Shown: one piece after another, positions 1 to 12,700 of the stretch
Layout of the letters: the number at the start of each line of letters is the position of its first letter
Numbering within the stretch: position 1 is the first letter of the stretch
Assembly (NCBI RefSeq): GCF_902713615.1
Contig: NC_052166.1
Span: forward strand, 1,798,001-1,862,000
Origin: Scyliorhinus canicula
Lineage: Eukaryota
Direction: 5' to 3'
Length of the DNA stretch: 64,000 nucleotides
Position numbers and translations under genes: made by a program
Notes under the pieces: generated by a model
What the model was told of the DNA's origin: nothing
The model's input: the letters and a program-made list of their open reading frames with translations, nothing else
Database searches by the model: none

Positions 1-480
1 CTCTACACTGTCCCCATCAAACACTCCCAGGACAGGTACAGCACGGGGTTAGATACAGAGTAAAGCTCCCTCTACACTGTCCCCATCAAACATTCCCAGG
101 ACAGGTACAGCACAGGGTTAGATACAGAGTAAAGCTCCCTCTACACTGTCCCCATCAAACACTCCCAGGACAGGTACAGCACGGGGTTAGATACAGAGTA
201 AAGCTCCCTCTACACTGTCCCCATCAAACACTCCCAGGACAGGTACAGCACGGGGTTAGATACAGAGTAAAGCTCCCTCTACACTGTCCCCATCAAACAT
301 TCCCAGGACAGGTACAGCACGGGGTTAGATACAGAGTAAAGCCCCCTCTACACTGTCCCCATCAAACACTCCCAGGACAGGTACAGCACGGGGTTAGATA
401 CAGAGTAACGCTCCCTCTACACTGTCCCCATCAAACACTCCCAGGACAGGTACAGCACGGGGTTAGATACAGAGTAAAGC
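1..480. repeat. 69-bp tandem satellite (ctctacactgtccccatcaaacactcccaggacaggtacagcacggggttagatacagagtaaagctcc), about 7 copies, in an FTSJ1 intron
   Basis: 69-nt period seen directly. Confidence 0.97.
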
Positions 481-703
481 TCCCTTTCCACTGATATGGA
501 GCTCATCCAGCTCTAAATGTTTGAACTCTGTTCCTCGGCCTCAGACCCCTGCTCCGGACAATGTTCTCGATACCCAATGTGTACTCTTGGCTAATTCAGG
601 GTCAGGTTTGGATTGGTATTCGCCCTGTGAACCCGGTCATGCCCCGAAAGTGCAGCAAAATAGTGTTTGCACGCAGCCTGACTCTCTGGCCCTGTAACTG
701 TAC

Positions 704-782
704 CGTCCGGTGCTCCGTCGCACACCACCAGGTCTGCCGCCTGCCCCTCAAAATGTTTGATGATCTCCTGCGCTGTGGAAAC
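704..782 (-). CDS. FTSJ1: FTSJ1 coding exon 4 (79 nt)
   Basis: [26 protein letters not shown]; tag| acceptor and |gtacag donor. Confidence 0.95.
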
Positions 783-3700
783 CTACAAGTCAAGGAGGAG
801 AATACAGTTAGTGTTGAATTTGCTAGCTGAATGTGTGGGCCGCTGGCTTGGTCAGTGGCCGTTGTTCATCCCGATTGCAGCCTCAACTCCTCTTCCCGTG
901 TCTGCCCCCCTCGGCCCAAAACTCTCGACCCCCTCGCCAATCACAAATGTGTCTCTGGGTGTTGAATATGTTCAATGAGCTGCAGCCCCCACTGCTGTCT
1001 GGGGGAAACTGACCCCCCCCCCCCCCCCCCCACCCGCCGGAGAAGAAGTTCCTCCTCATCTCCATCTCCATGGCCGGGATTCTCCGGTATCCGGCCGGCA
1101 GGCCATACCGGCGCCAAAGATTGGCGTGAACCACTCCGGTGTTGGGCTGCCCGAAAGGTGCGGAATCCTCCACACCTTTGGTGGCTAGGCCAGCGCTGGA
1201 GCGATTGGCACCGTGCCAACCGACGCTGAAGGGCCTCAGTGGGCCGGGCCTAGTTGGCGCATGTGCAGGAGCGCCAGCTTGTTCTCAGAATCACTGGCGT
1301 GATCCCTGCGCATGCGCAGGGGTTTCTTCTCCACGCCGGCCATGGCGGAGCTTTACACAGGACGGCACGGAGAAGGAAAGATTGCCCCCACAGCACAGGC
1401 CCGCCCGCAGATCAGTGGGCCCCAATCACGGGCCAGGCCACAGTGGGTGCCCCCATCCCCGGGGCCGGATCCCCCCACGCTCCTCTGAGGCCTCTGAAGG
1501 CCGCACTCAGAGCCACTTCCCGCCGGTACAGACCTCGTGTAATTCACGCCGGTGAGACTGGCCGAAAATGGGTGGCCGCTCGGCCCATCGGGGACTCGCC
1601 ACTGCCAATGGCCCCGGATCGATCCCTGCCCCGCGAAAAAAACAGCGCCGGAGAATTCGGCACCGGCGTCGGAGCGGGATTCACCCTGCCCCCTGCCGAT
1701 TCTCTGACCCAGCGGGTGGTTGGAGAATCCCGCTCCTCATTCCCAAAGTGTGTGCCCCTCCCCAGTTCCAGATTTCCCCCCCACAGGGTGGGAACACGGT
1801 CTCGACACCCCCGTCACGGTAGCTCAGTGATTAACAGTTACTTCACAGCTCCAGGGTCCCAGGTTCGATTCCCGGCTGGGTCACTGTCTGTGTGGAGTCT
1901 GCATGTTCTCCCCATGTGTGCGTGGGTTTCCTCCGGGACCTCCGGGTTCCTCCCACAAATCCCCGAAAGACGTGCTGTTAGGTGAATTGGACATTCTGAA
2001 TTCTCCCTCTGTGACCCGAACAGGCGCCGGATTGCGGCGACTAGGGGATTTTCATAGTCACTTCATTGCAGTGTCAATGGAAGCCGACTTGTGACACTGA
2101 AGATTATATTTTAAAAATGTGTTTCAATAAGATGACCTCTCATTCTTCTGAACTCCAAATGGTTTCAGACCCCGACCTGCTCAACCCCTTCCTCCCGGGG
2201 ACAACCCCTTCCTCCCGGGGCCAACCCCTTCCTCCCGGGGACAACCCCTTCCTCCCGGGGACAACCCCTTCCTCCCGGGGACAACCCCTTCCTCCCGGGG
2301 ACAACCCCTTCCTCCCGGGGACAACCCCTTCCTCCCGGGGACAACCCCTTCCTCCCGGGGACAACCCCTTCCTCCCGGGGCCAACCCCTTCCTCCCGGGG
2401 CCAACCCCTTCCTCCCGGGGCCAACCCCTTCCTCCCGAGGACAACTCCTTCCTCCCGGGGACAACCCCTTCCTCCCGGGGCCGGCCCCTTCCTCCCGGGG
2501 ACAACCACTTCCTCCCGGGGCCGGCCCCTTCCTCCCGGGGACAACCCCTTCCTCCCGAGGCCAACCCCTTCCTCCCGGGGCCAACCCCTTCCTCCCGGGG
2601 CCAACCCCTTCCTCCCGGGGCCGGCCCCTTCCTCCCGGGGCCGTCCCCTTCCTCCCGGGGCCAGCCTCCCGGGGCCAACCCCCTCCATCACGGGGCCAAC
2701 CCCTTCCTCCCGGGGCCGGCCCCTTCCTCCCGGGGCCAACCCCTTCCTCCCGGGGCCGGTCCTTTCCTCCCGGGGCCAGCCCCTTCCTCCCGGGGCCAAC
2801 CCCCTCCATCCCGGGGCCAACCCCTTCCTCCCGGGGACAACCCCTTCCTCCCGAGGCCAAACCCTTCCTCCCGGGGACAACCCCTTCCTCCCGGGGCCAA
2901 CCCCCTCCATCCCGGGGCCGGCCCCTTCCTCCCGGGGCCGGCCCCTTCCTCCCGGGGCCGGCCCCTTCCTCCCGGGGCCAACCCCCTCCATCCCGGGGCC
3001 AACCCCCTCCATCCCGGGGCCAACCCCCTCCATCCCGGGGCCAACCCCTTCCTCCCGAGACCAGCCCCTTCCTCCCGAGGCCAACCCCTTCCTCCCGGGG
3101 ACAACCCCTTCCTCCCGGGGACAACCCCTTCCTCCCGGGGACAACCCCTTCCTCCCGGGGACGGCCCCTTCCTCCCGGGGACGGCCCCTTCCTCCCGGGG
3201 CCGGCCCCTTCCTCCCGGGGCCGGCCCCTTCCTCCCGAGGCCAACCCCCTCCATCCCGGGGCCAACCCCTTCCTCCCGGGGCCGGCCCCTTCCTCCCGGG
3301 GCCGGCCCCTTCCTCCCGGGGCCGGCCCCTTCCTCCCGGGGCCGGCCCCTTCCTCCCGGGGCCGGCCCCTTCCTCCCGGGGCCAGCCCCTTCCTCCCGGG
3401 GCCAGCCCCTTCCTCCCGGGGCCAGCCCCTTCCTCCCGAGGCCAACCCCTTCCTCCCGGGGCCAACCCCTTCCTCCCGGGGCCAACCCCTTCCTCCCGGG
3501 GCCAACCCCTTTCTCCCGGGGCCAGCCTCCCGGGGCCAACCCCCTCCATCACGGGGCCAACCCCTTCCTCCCGGGGCCAACCCCCTCCATCCCGGGAATC
3601 AGGCCAGTGAACCTTCAGTGACCGCCTCCGACGCGAGAACATCCCTCCTTAAGGAGACGGAACTGTGCGGTACTCCAGGTGCAGTCTCACCATGGTCCTT

Positions 3701-6700
3701 TTAGCAAGGACTCTCTACTTCTGTTGTCTAAACCCCCTTGTAATAAAGTCCATTTTGCCTTGGGAGCCACCATCTTGAACCGCTGCGGTCGGTGTGGTGT
3801 GGGTACACACTTAGTGCCGTTAGGATGGATGGAACGTCTGGATTGTAACCCGGTGACAGTGTTCAACAAGCATTCCCAAATGTATCCCCTGCCCCAGGTT
3901 ACCTTGGTGATGTCTCCCTGGATCTGGATGACCCCAGGGAGCGGAGCCATGGCCTGTAGATCCACGGCAACAATTTTGATTTCCGAGCTGTTGGGATCTT
4001 CCCTCCTAGCGGGGAGAGGAGCAAAAGAATAGAAAGGTCAGGTGGTTTTGGGGGGGGTGGGGGGTGGGAAGAGGTGCTATTATTTGTCAAAGTTCTAGCA
4101 AGCCTCTCATGGTGTTGCCATGGTTTGTCTCCGAGTTGGAAGCAAGTCTCCCAGTGGCCAGCTCCTGCAACTACACAGTGATAGTTGACATACAAAAAAC
4201 TATTTGGCTCCTCGGAGCCTCCCAGTGGCCATCACCCGTAACTACACCATGACAGTTTACATAACAAAAATAACATTGTTCCTCAGAGCCTTCTGGTGGC
4301 CATCACCGGCAATTACACCATGACGGTCGACGTAGCAATAATACTGTGTCTCCTCAAAGTCTCCCGTGCGGCCTGTAGCGGTCGTGGCCTCTAAGAGTCG
4401 CTTAAGTGTTCCCAATGACTCTGACCCCACCACCTCTGCTGGCAGTGCATTCCCCACCACTCTGTAAAGAACCTACCTCTGACATCTCCAGTAGAGTAAG
4501 AAGTCTTACAATACCAGGTTAAAGTCCAACAGGTTTGTTTCAAACAAGAGCTTTCGGAGCGCAGCTCCTTCTTCAGGTGAATGGAGAGGTATGATCCAGA
4601 AACATTTATATAGACAAAGTCAGCGATGCCGGACAATGCTTGGAATGCGAGAATTTGCAGGTAATCAAATCATTACAGATCCAGAGAGAGGGATAATCAC
4701 AGGTTAAAGAGATGTGAATTGTCTCAAGCCAGAACAGTTGGTGGAATTTTGCAAGTCCAGGCCAGATGGTGGGGAGTGGATGTAATGCGACATGAATCCA
4801 AGATCCCGGTTGAGGCCGCACTCATGCGTGCGGAACTTAGCTAAAGTTTTTGCTCGGCAATTCTGCGTTGTGCTCACCCCAGTCCAACGCCGGCATCTCC
4901 ACATCATGATCTCCAGTAGAGAGTGAGGATGCAAAGATCATCGCCAACGGCGCAGCAATCCCCTCCCTCGCTTCCCGTAGTAACCTCGGGTATATCCCGT
5001 CAGGCCCAGGGTACTTGTCTATCCTGATGCTTTTCAAAATTTCCAGCACATCCTCCTTCTTAATATCAACCTGTTTGAGTCTATTAACCTGGTTCACACT
5101 GTTCTCATGAGCAACGAGGTCCCTCTCTCTAGTAAATACTGAAGCAAAATATTCATTTAGGGCCTCCCCTACTTCCTCAGACTCTAGGCACAAGTTCCCT
5201 CCACTATCTCTGATCGGCCCTACTCTCACTCTGATCATCCTCTTGTTTCTCACATAAGTGTAGAACTTGGGGTTTTCCCTAATCCTTCCCACCAGAGCTT
5301 TTCCGTGCTCCCTTCTTGCTCTCCTCAGTCCATTTTTGAGTTCCTTCCTGGCTACCTTGTAACCCTCTAGAGCAGAGTCAGATCCTTGCTTCCTCAACCT
5401 TACGTAAGCTTCCTTCTTCCTCTTGACTAGAAGCTCCACTTCCCTTGTCATCCAAGGCTCCTTCACCTTACCATTCATTTCTCGTCTCAGTCGGACAAAA
5501 CTATCCAGCACTTGCAGCAAGTGCTCCTTAAACAACCCCCACATAGGGCAGCACGGTGGCCTAGTGGTTAGCACAACCGACTCACGGCGCTGAGGTCCCA
5601 GGTTCGATCCCGGCTCTGGGTCATTGTCCGTGTGGAGTTTGCACATTCTCCCCATGTCTGCGTGGGTTTCACCCCCACAACCCAAAAATGTGCAGAGTAG
5701 GTGGATTGGCCACGCTAAATTGCCCCTTAATTGGAAAAAATAATTGGGTAATCTAAATTTATTTTTAAAAAAATAACCCCCACATTACTGTTGTGCATTT
5801 CCCAAGAACAATTGTTCATACTTTATTCCCCTCAGCTCCTGTCTAATAGCAGTATAATTTCCCCTCTCCCAATTAAATACCTTCCTATATTGTGTGTTCC
5901 TATCCCTCTCCATGACTATGGTAAAGGTCAAGGAGTTGTGGTCACTGTCACCAAAATGCTCTCCCACCGAGACATCCGACACCTGGCCTGGTTTGTTGCC
6001 GAGCACCAAGTCCAATATGGCCTCCCCCACTGGTCGGCCTATCTACATATTGAGTCAGGAATCCTTCCTGTACACACCTGACAAAATCTGACCCATCCAA
6101 ACCATTTGCAGTAACGAGGTTCCAGTCAATATTAGGGAAGTTGAAGTCACCCATGACAACAACTCTGTTACTTCTGCACCTTTCCTAGATCTGCCGCCCA
6201 ATCTGTCCCTCTATCTCTCTGCTGCTATTGGGGGGACTATAGAAAACTCCCAATAAAGTGACTGCTCCTTTCTTGTTTCTGACTTCCACCCACACTGACT
6301 CAGTAGACAACCCCTCCCCTACTACCTCCTTTTCTGCAGCTGTGGTGCACTCCCTAATTAACAGTGCCACTCCCCCTCCTCTTTTACCTCACTCCCTGAA
6401 AACATCTAACAACCATTCCTGCCCCTGTGAAATCCATATCTCCATAATGGCCACAACATCGTAGTTCCAAGTACTAAACCATGCTCTAAGTTCATCTCCT
6501 TGATTCCTGACACTCCTTGCACTGAATCAGACACACTTTAACCCATTCCACTGAACTTTGCCCTATCAACTGTCTATCCTTCCTCACAGACTTGCTGCAG
6601 ACTATTTCTGCCTGTTCAACAGCTATCCTGTCCTCTGCTCCATAGCTCTGGTTCCCATACCCCTGCCAAACTAGTTTAAACCCTCCCAAAGAGCTATGGC

Positions 6701-9700
6701 AAACCTCTCAGCCAGGATATTGGTGCCTCCCCAGTTTAGGTGCAATCCGTCCTTCATGTACAGAAGATATCTTCCCCAGAAGTATATCTTCCCCAGAAGA
6801 TATCTCAATGATCCACATATCTGAAGCCTTCCCTCCTGCACCAGCCCTGAAGCCATGTGTTCAGCTGCACTCGCTCTCTGTTCCTTGCCTCACTTGCACG
6901 TGGCACTGGCGGCAATCCTGAGATCACTATTCTGCTTGTCCTGCTCTTTAGCTTCCAAACGAACTCCCTAAAATCACTTTTTAGACCCTCATCCCTTTTC
7001 TTAGCTATGTTGTTGGTGCCTATGTGCACCACAACATCTGGTTGCTCACCCTCCCCTTAAGAATCCTGTAGACGCGATCTGAGACATTCCTGGCCCTGGC
7101 GCCGGGAGCCAACATACCTTCCGGGAGTCCTGTTTGCGACTAAAAAATCTCCTATCCATTCAGTCTCCTATCACTATTGCTTTTCTATTCTCCCCTCTTC
7201 CCTTCTGAGCAACAGAGCCAGGCTCAGTGGCAGAGACCTGGCCGCTAGGGCCTTCCCCCGGTAGGTCATTCCCCCCCCCCCCCAACAGCTTCCAAAACGG
7301 TATACTTGTTTTGAAGGGGAACGGCCACGAGGGATCCCTGCACTGTCTGCCCTCTGTTTTCCTTCCTCTCTGACTGTAACCCAGCTACTCTTTTTTTGTA
7401 CCTTGGGGGTGGTTACCTTGCTGTAACTCTTCTCTATTACCCCCTCTGCCTCCCGGATGATCTGAAGTTCATCCAGCTCCAGCTCCAGTTCCCTAATGAG
7501 GTCTCGGAGGAGCTGGAGTTGGGTGCACTTCCCGCAGGTATAGTCAGCGGGGACACAGGTGGTATCCCTCACCACCCACATCCTACAGGAGGTGCATGCA
7601 ACTGCCCTAGCCTCTATTTCCTCTGATCTCACAGAATATAGCTGCCCAGTGGACCAACTGGAACTCCGCCCTCCGACTCTGCTCCCAGTCAGCTGCACTC
7701 TCCGTAAACTCCCGGCTTCCTTCACTCTTTGAGGAAGTGTAGGAAACAAAATGAAAGGAGCACCTTACTCCCTCCTCACCTAACTCCCTCAAGGGGCTGG
7801 TTTAGCTCACTCGGCTAAATCGCTGGCTTTTAAAGCAGACCAAGCAGCACGGTTCGTTTCCCGTACCAGCCTCCCCAGACAGGCGCCGGAATGTGGCGAC
7901 TAGGGGCTTTTCACAGTAACTTCATTGAAGCCTACTCGTGACAATAAGCGATTTTCATTCATTTCAAATGCACCCAAATTCAGCACTCCCTCAATCACCA
8001 AACTCTCACTATAGCATTCAAATGCACCCAAATTCAGCACTCCCTCAGTCACCAAACCCTCACTGTAGCTCTCAAATGCAGCCAAATTCAGCACTCCCTC
8101 AGTGACCAAACCCTCACTATAGCACTCAAATGCACAGAAATTCAGCACTCAGTGTAAAGTCTGCACTGTAACCTACTCAGATTTATACTGTGACTCTGGC
8201 CTCTGAGTAACGAATTCCACAGGCCGACTACTCCCTGGGTGAAGAAATTTCTCCTCATCTCTGTCCTAAATAGTCTACCTTGTATCCTCAGAATGTGACC
8301 CCTGTTTCTGGACACACTACCATCGGGAACATCCTTCCTGCATCTACTCGGTCTCGTCCTGTTAGAATTTTATAAGGTTCTAGGAGATCCTCCCGCTAGG
8401 GGTCATATCCGGCACAACGGAGGTTGGTTGTGGTTATTTGGAGGTCAGTCATCTCAATCACAGGACATCACTGTAGGAGTTCCTCAGGGTACTGTCTGAG
8501 GCCCAACCATCTTCAGCTGCTTAATCAATGACCTCCCTTCCATCACAATGTCAGATGTGGAGTATTTGTTGATGTTCAGCACCATTCGCGACTCCTCAGA
8601 CACTGAAACAGTCCACGCACAAATGCAGCAGGACCTGGATAATATCCAGGCTCGGGCTGACAAGGAACATTTGCACTTGGTTAGACACAGTGACCATCTC
8701 CAATCAAAGGGAATCTAACCATCGCCCCATTACATTCAATAGCATTACCATCTCTGAACCCCCCCCACTATCAACATCCTGGGGGGGATTACCATTGACC
8801 AGAAACTGATCTGGACCAACCATATAAATACTGTGGCTACCAGAGCAGGTCAGAGGCTGGAATCCACCTCCTGACTCTTCCAAAGCCTGTCCACCATCTA
8901 CAAGGTACAAGTCACAAATGTAATGGAATACTCTCCATCAATCGTAATGAAGTGCTTTCAGAGGTTGGTCACGAGGCACATCACCTCCATACTCCCAGAA
9001 TGCCTTGATCGACTGCAATCAACCGCCACCACAGACTATCTCCCTGGCTCTACACTCATCCCTGAAGCATCTCGACAACAAGGACTCCTACATCAGACAT
9101 TATTGATTACAGCTCTGCCTTCAACACCATAATCCCAGACAAGCTCATATCAAAGTTCCTAAACCTAGAGGACTTGGCTCCTTCCTCTGCAACTGGATCC
9201 TCAACTTTCTGACCCACAGACCACAATCAGTAAGAATAAACAACAACACCTCCTCCATGATAGTCCTCAATACCGGGACCCCGCAAGGCTGCGTACTTAG
9301 CCCCCTACTATACTCCCTCTAAACATACGACTGCGTGGCAAAATTTGGCTCCAACTCAATCTACACGTTTGTTGACGACACGACCGTAGTTGGTCTGATC
9401 TCGAACAACAATTAGTCAGAATACAGGAGGGAGATAGAGAACCTAGTAGAGTGGTGCAGCGACAACAATCTCCAATCTCTCCCTCAATGTCAGTAAAACT
9501 AAAGAACATTGATTTTAGGAAGCAAAGTATTGTACACACCCTTGTCAGCATCAACGGGGCCGAGGTGGAGATGGTTAACAGCTTCAAATTCCTAGATCAT
9601 CAAAAATCTGTCCTGGTCCACCCACATCGATGCTACGACCAAGAAAGCACAACAGTGCCTACAGAACATACAGTGTAGAAGGAGGCCATTCAGCCCATCG

Positions 9701-12700
9701 AGTCTGCTCCAACCCACTTAAGCCCATTTATCACAGCCAATCCACCTAACCTGCACAGCTTTGGACTGTGGGAGGAAACCGGAGCACCCGGAGGAAACCC
9801 ACGCACACACGGGGAGAATGTGCAGACTCTGCACAGTGACCCAAGCCAGAATCGAACCTGGGACCCTGGAGCTGTGAAGCAATTGTGCTATCCATAATGC
9901 TACCGTGCCGCCCACTACTGTATGCTTGGTATCATCTGCATACTGGAGATCTAGCTCCCCCATCTAAATCCTTAATATATGTTGGGAATAGGCAGGGTCC
10001 CAGCACCGATCCCTGCGGGGTACCCCATTGGTCACTGCCTGCCATTCGGACAAAGACTGTTTATTCCTACTGTTTGCTTCCTGTCTGCCAACTGGTTTTC
10101 TAACCATTCAAATGGGTTTCTACCGGTTTAGGTGATCTCAATGAAACATATAAAATTCTGAAAGGGATTTAACAAGGTTGTCGCTGAGGGGCTGTTTCAC
10201 CACCCCCCCCCCCCCCAAATTTCCCCCACCTCCCCCGAACGCACCTCCCCTTACCCGGGTAGAAACTCTGTCTGGACCATTGGGGGGGGCGTCGCGATCT
10301 CAGGACAATGCGGTGGCCATTTTGGATGGAGACAAGGAAAGTCTTTTTTCACTCTGCAGGTCGGCAATCTCGACTCAAGCTCGGCGTTGGATCTGTTCGA
10401 GAAGGAGATTGAGGGATTGTTGGGACACCGAGGGAATGGGCTAGCGGAGGTGCAATCGAGGTGGATGATCGGATTGACTGGCCAAGCAGGCTCGAGGGGC
10501 TGAATCATAAAATCTTACAGTTCACAGTGAAACTGAATCAGCAAGCATAGCCATTTAGACGAAAGTGGACCAAAGAGGGGGGTTGCAGATTGGGAAAGAC
10601 CCCCCCCCCCCATCCCGAAACTTACTTGAGTTTGCGGCTCAGGACCTGACTCCAGCTCCCGGGAGCGGCGCACAGATCGACTGCCCTGCATACTCCTGGC
10701 GGAAGAAACATTTAATTTGTTGACACGATTAACTGCTTTCAAAAATGAGTGAAAGACCGATCGAAGTGAAAACAAAGTGTGCCGCCTCCCTCGCCCTCTA
10801 TCCCGACAGACGGTAGCCACAATCCAACCCCCTTGAGAGTCAACGCTGGATCTCCCTTTGCCCGGCAGTCCTCTCCACCAGGTCCTGACAGGACAGATTC
10901 ACTTCAGGACACGCATTCCATTCCCAACGCATGCCTCCTGCCTTGTGCAGACGGTCCCTTGTGCAAAGCCCCCCCTCCCACCCAACCGGTGAGCTATTCG
11001 CCTACAACAGCCTTCAAAGTCCCGCCTGATCCACTCTCACTTCAACTTCAAGCTACGGCTGGTGAAACATTAAGGGACGACGACGGGTCTGCGTACGATC
11101 ACAGAAGGGTTACCAACCAACTTTCTGTCTCCTGGGATGGTCAGAGATTCTTCACGGCACAGAAGGAGGACATTCATGCCATCTAATCTGTGCTGCCTCT
11201 TCTGTACACCAATCCGGTCGGTTCCATTTCCCCCTCTCTCCCTGTAGCCCTGTGAATTAATTTCTCATAAGTTTCCACCCAGTTTCCTTTTGAACTCGTT
11301 TATCGTCCTGCTTCCAGTACCCTCGTGGGCAGCGAGTTTGAGATCGGCGGCGCAGTAGTTAGCACTGCTGCCTCACAGCGTCAGGGACCCGGGTTCAATT
11401 CCAGCTTCAGGTGATTTGTGCGTGGAGTTTGCACGTTCTCCCCGTGTCTGCGTGGGTTTCCTCCGGTTTCCTTCCACAGTAGATTAAGCGGCAATTTGGA
11501 ACGGCCAGTATCCAAAAGGTTAGGTGGGGTTGTGGGGCTGGGGGCGGGTGATTGGGCCTGAGTGGGATGCTCTTTCAGGGGATTGGTGCAGACTCGCTGG
11601 GCTGAATGGCCTTCTTCTGCACTGCAAGAATATTACGGTTCCATGGTTATGATTCGTTGCGTCAAAATAATTGTTCTTCCTCACATCCCCCACTCATAAC
11701 CCAAACTCACCTCGTCTTTACATAGAATTACATAGAATTTACAGTGCAGAAGGAGGCCATTCGGCCCATCGAGTCTGCACCAGGTCTTGGAAAGAGCACC
11801 CTACCCAAGGTCAACACCTCCACCCTATCCCCATAACCCAGTAACCCCACCCAACACGAAGGGCAATTTTGGACACTAAGGGCAATTTATCATGGCCAAT
11901 CCACCTAACCTGTACATCTTTGGACTGTGGGAGGAAACCGGAGCACCCGGAGGAGACCCACGCACACACGGGGAGGATGTGCAGACTCTGCACAGACAGT
12001 GACCCAAGCCGGAATCGAACCTGGGGCCCTGGAGCTGTGAAGCGATTGTGCTATCCACAAAGCTACTGTGCTGCCCCAAACACATGTCCGTACCATCGCT
12101 ATATCCACTTCTATAATTGGACGGGATTTTAATTGCTCAACCATTAGCTGCAATCAGCTAACGGAAACAGCCTTTTTTCCAGACTATTTTGTCCAAACCT
12201 GCCCTAATTGTATGCAACTTTATCAAATATCCCTTCGGCCGCCTTTGCTTCGACGAGAACAACTCCGGTTCCTTCAACCTAACCCCCAAATTCTCTCCTC
12301 GCGCCCTAATGGTTGCATTTTCATCTGTGTCCATAGCTCGTATTTCCCGGAACGCTAATCTGTCGCCAGGGGCTTCCAACTTGAGGGGGTCTCCACTCCA
12401 CATCACGTGTGGCTGACTAGGAGTCTCTCCCACTTTTACTGCCCACCAGCGGCCTGTTTGGAAGGATTTTGCAGGTTGACACACTCAACCCGTTTGGCCG
12501 CATTATGAATGTACCTTCCTTGGCCATCAAGGCCTGGGGTGGGCCTCAAACCCGGAGCCTCTGGCTCGGATGCAGGGGACGCTAACTCACTTGCGCCACA
12601 AGACCTCCCCAACCTAACCTTGGAGCTAAAAATATCCCTCATCTTTGGGGTCTTCTTTTTGTCCTCAACATCGCTATGGTAACATCTCTGCTGGCAGAAA

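Larger units (their letters stand above)
4930..8205 (-). mobile_element. CR1 LINE, 5' portion (5'UTR tandem repeats, ORF1 zinc-finger and SGNH esterase, ORF2 endonuclease to start of RT), degenerate
   Basis: [11 protein letters not shown]...[10 protein letters not shown]; VHIGTNNI esterase motif; [11 protein letters not shown]; ILDLVL/GDSDH; [15 protein letters not shown]. Confidence 0.92.

Noticed and set aside
1-480. CRISPR-like appearance of the 69-bp array (also 33-bp and 45.9-47.5 kb arrays)
   Set aside because: Whole units repeat with no unique spacers, there are no cas genes, and the context is vertebrate.
1012-1031. Many long poly-C/poly-G runs across the window
   Set aside because: Frequent within GC-rich repeats and of uncertain length in assemblies; no specific function can be supported.
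2066-3642. Long Pro/Gly/Arg-rich ORFs (up to 514 aa) on both strands
   Set aside because: They are translations of a stop-free 20-bp minisatellite inside an FTSJ1 intron and are open in several frames at once.
7793-7870. tRNA genes at SINE heads (also 63248 and the V-SINE copies)
   Set aside because: A/B boxes are present but continue into SINE bodies and tails, with no complete cloverleaf.
12144-12161. Short hairpins (ttagctg-caat-cagctaa; also ~16302-16334 and 23495-23521)
   Set aside because: 7-11 bp stems are expected by chance or as TE remnants in 64 kb; no supporting RNA motif.
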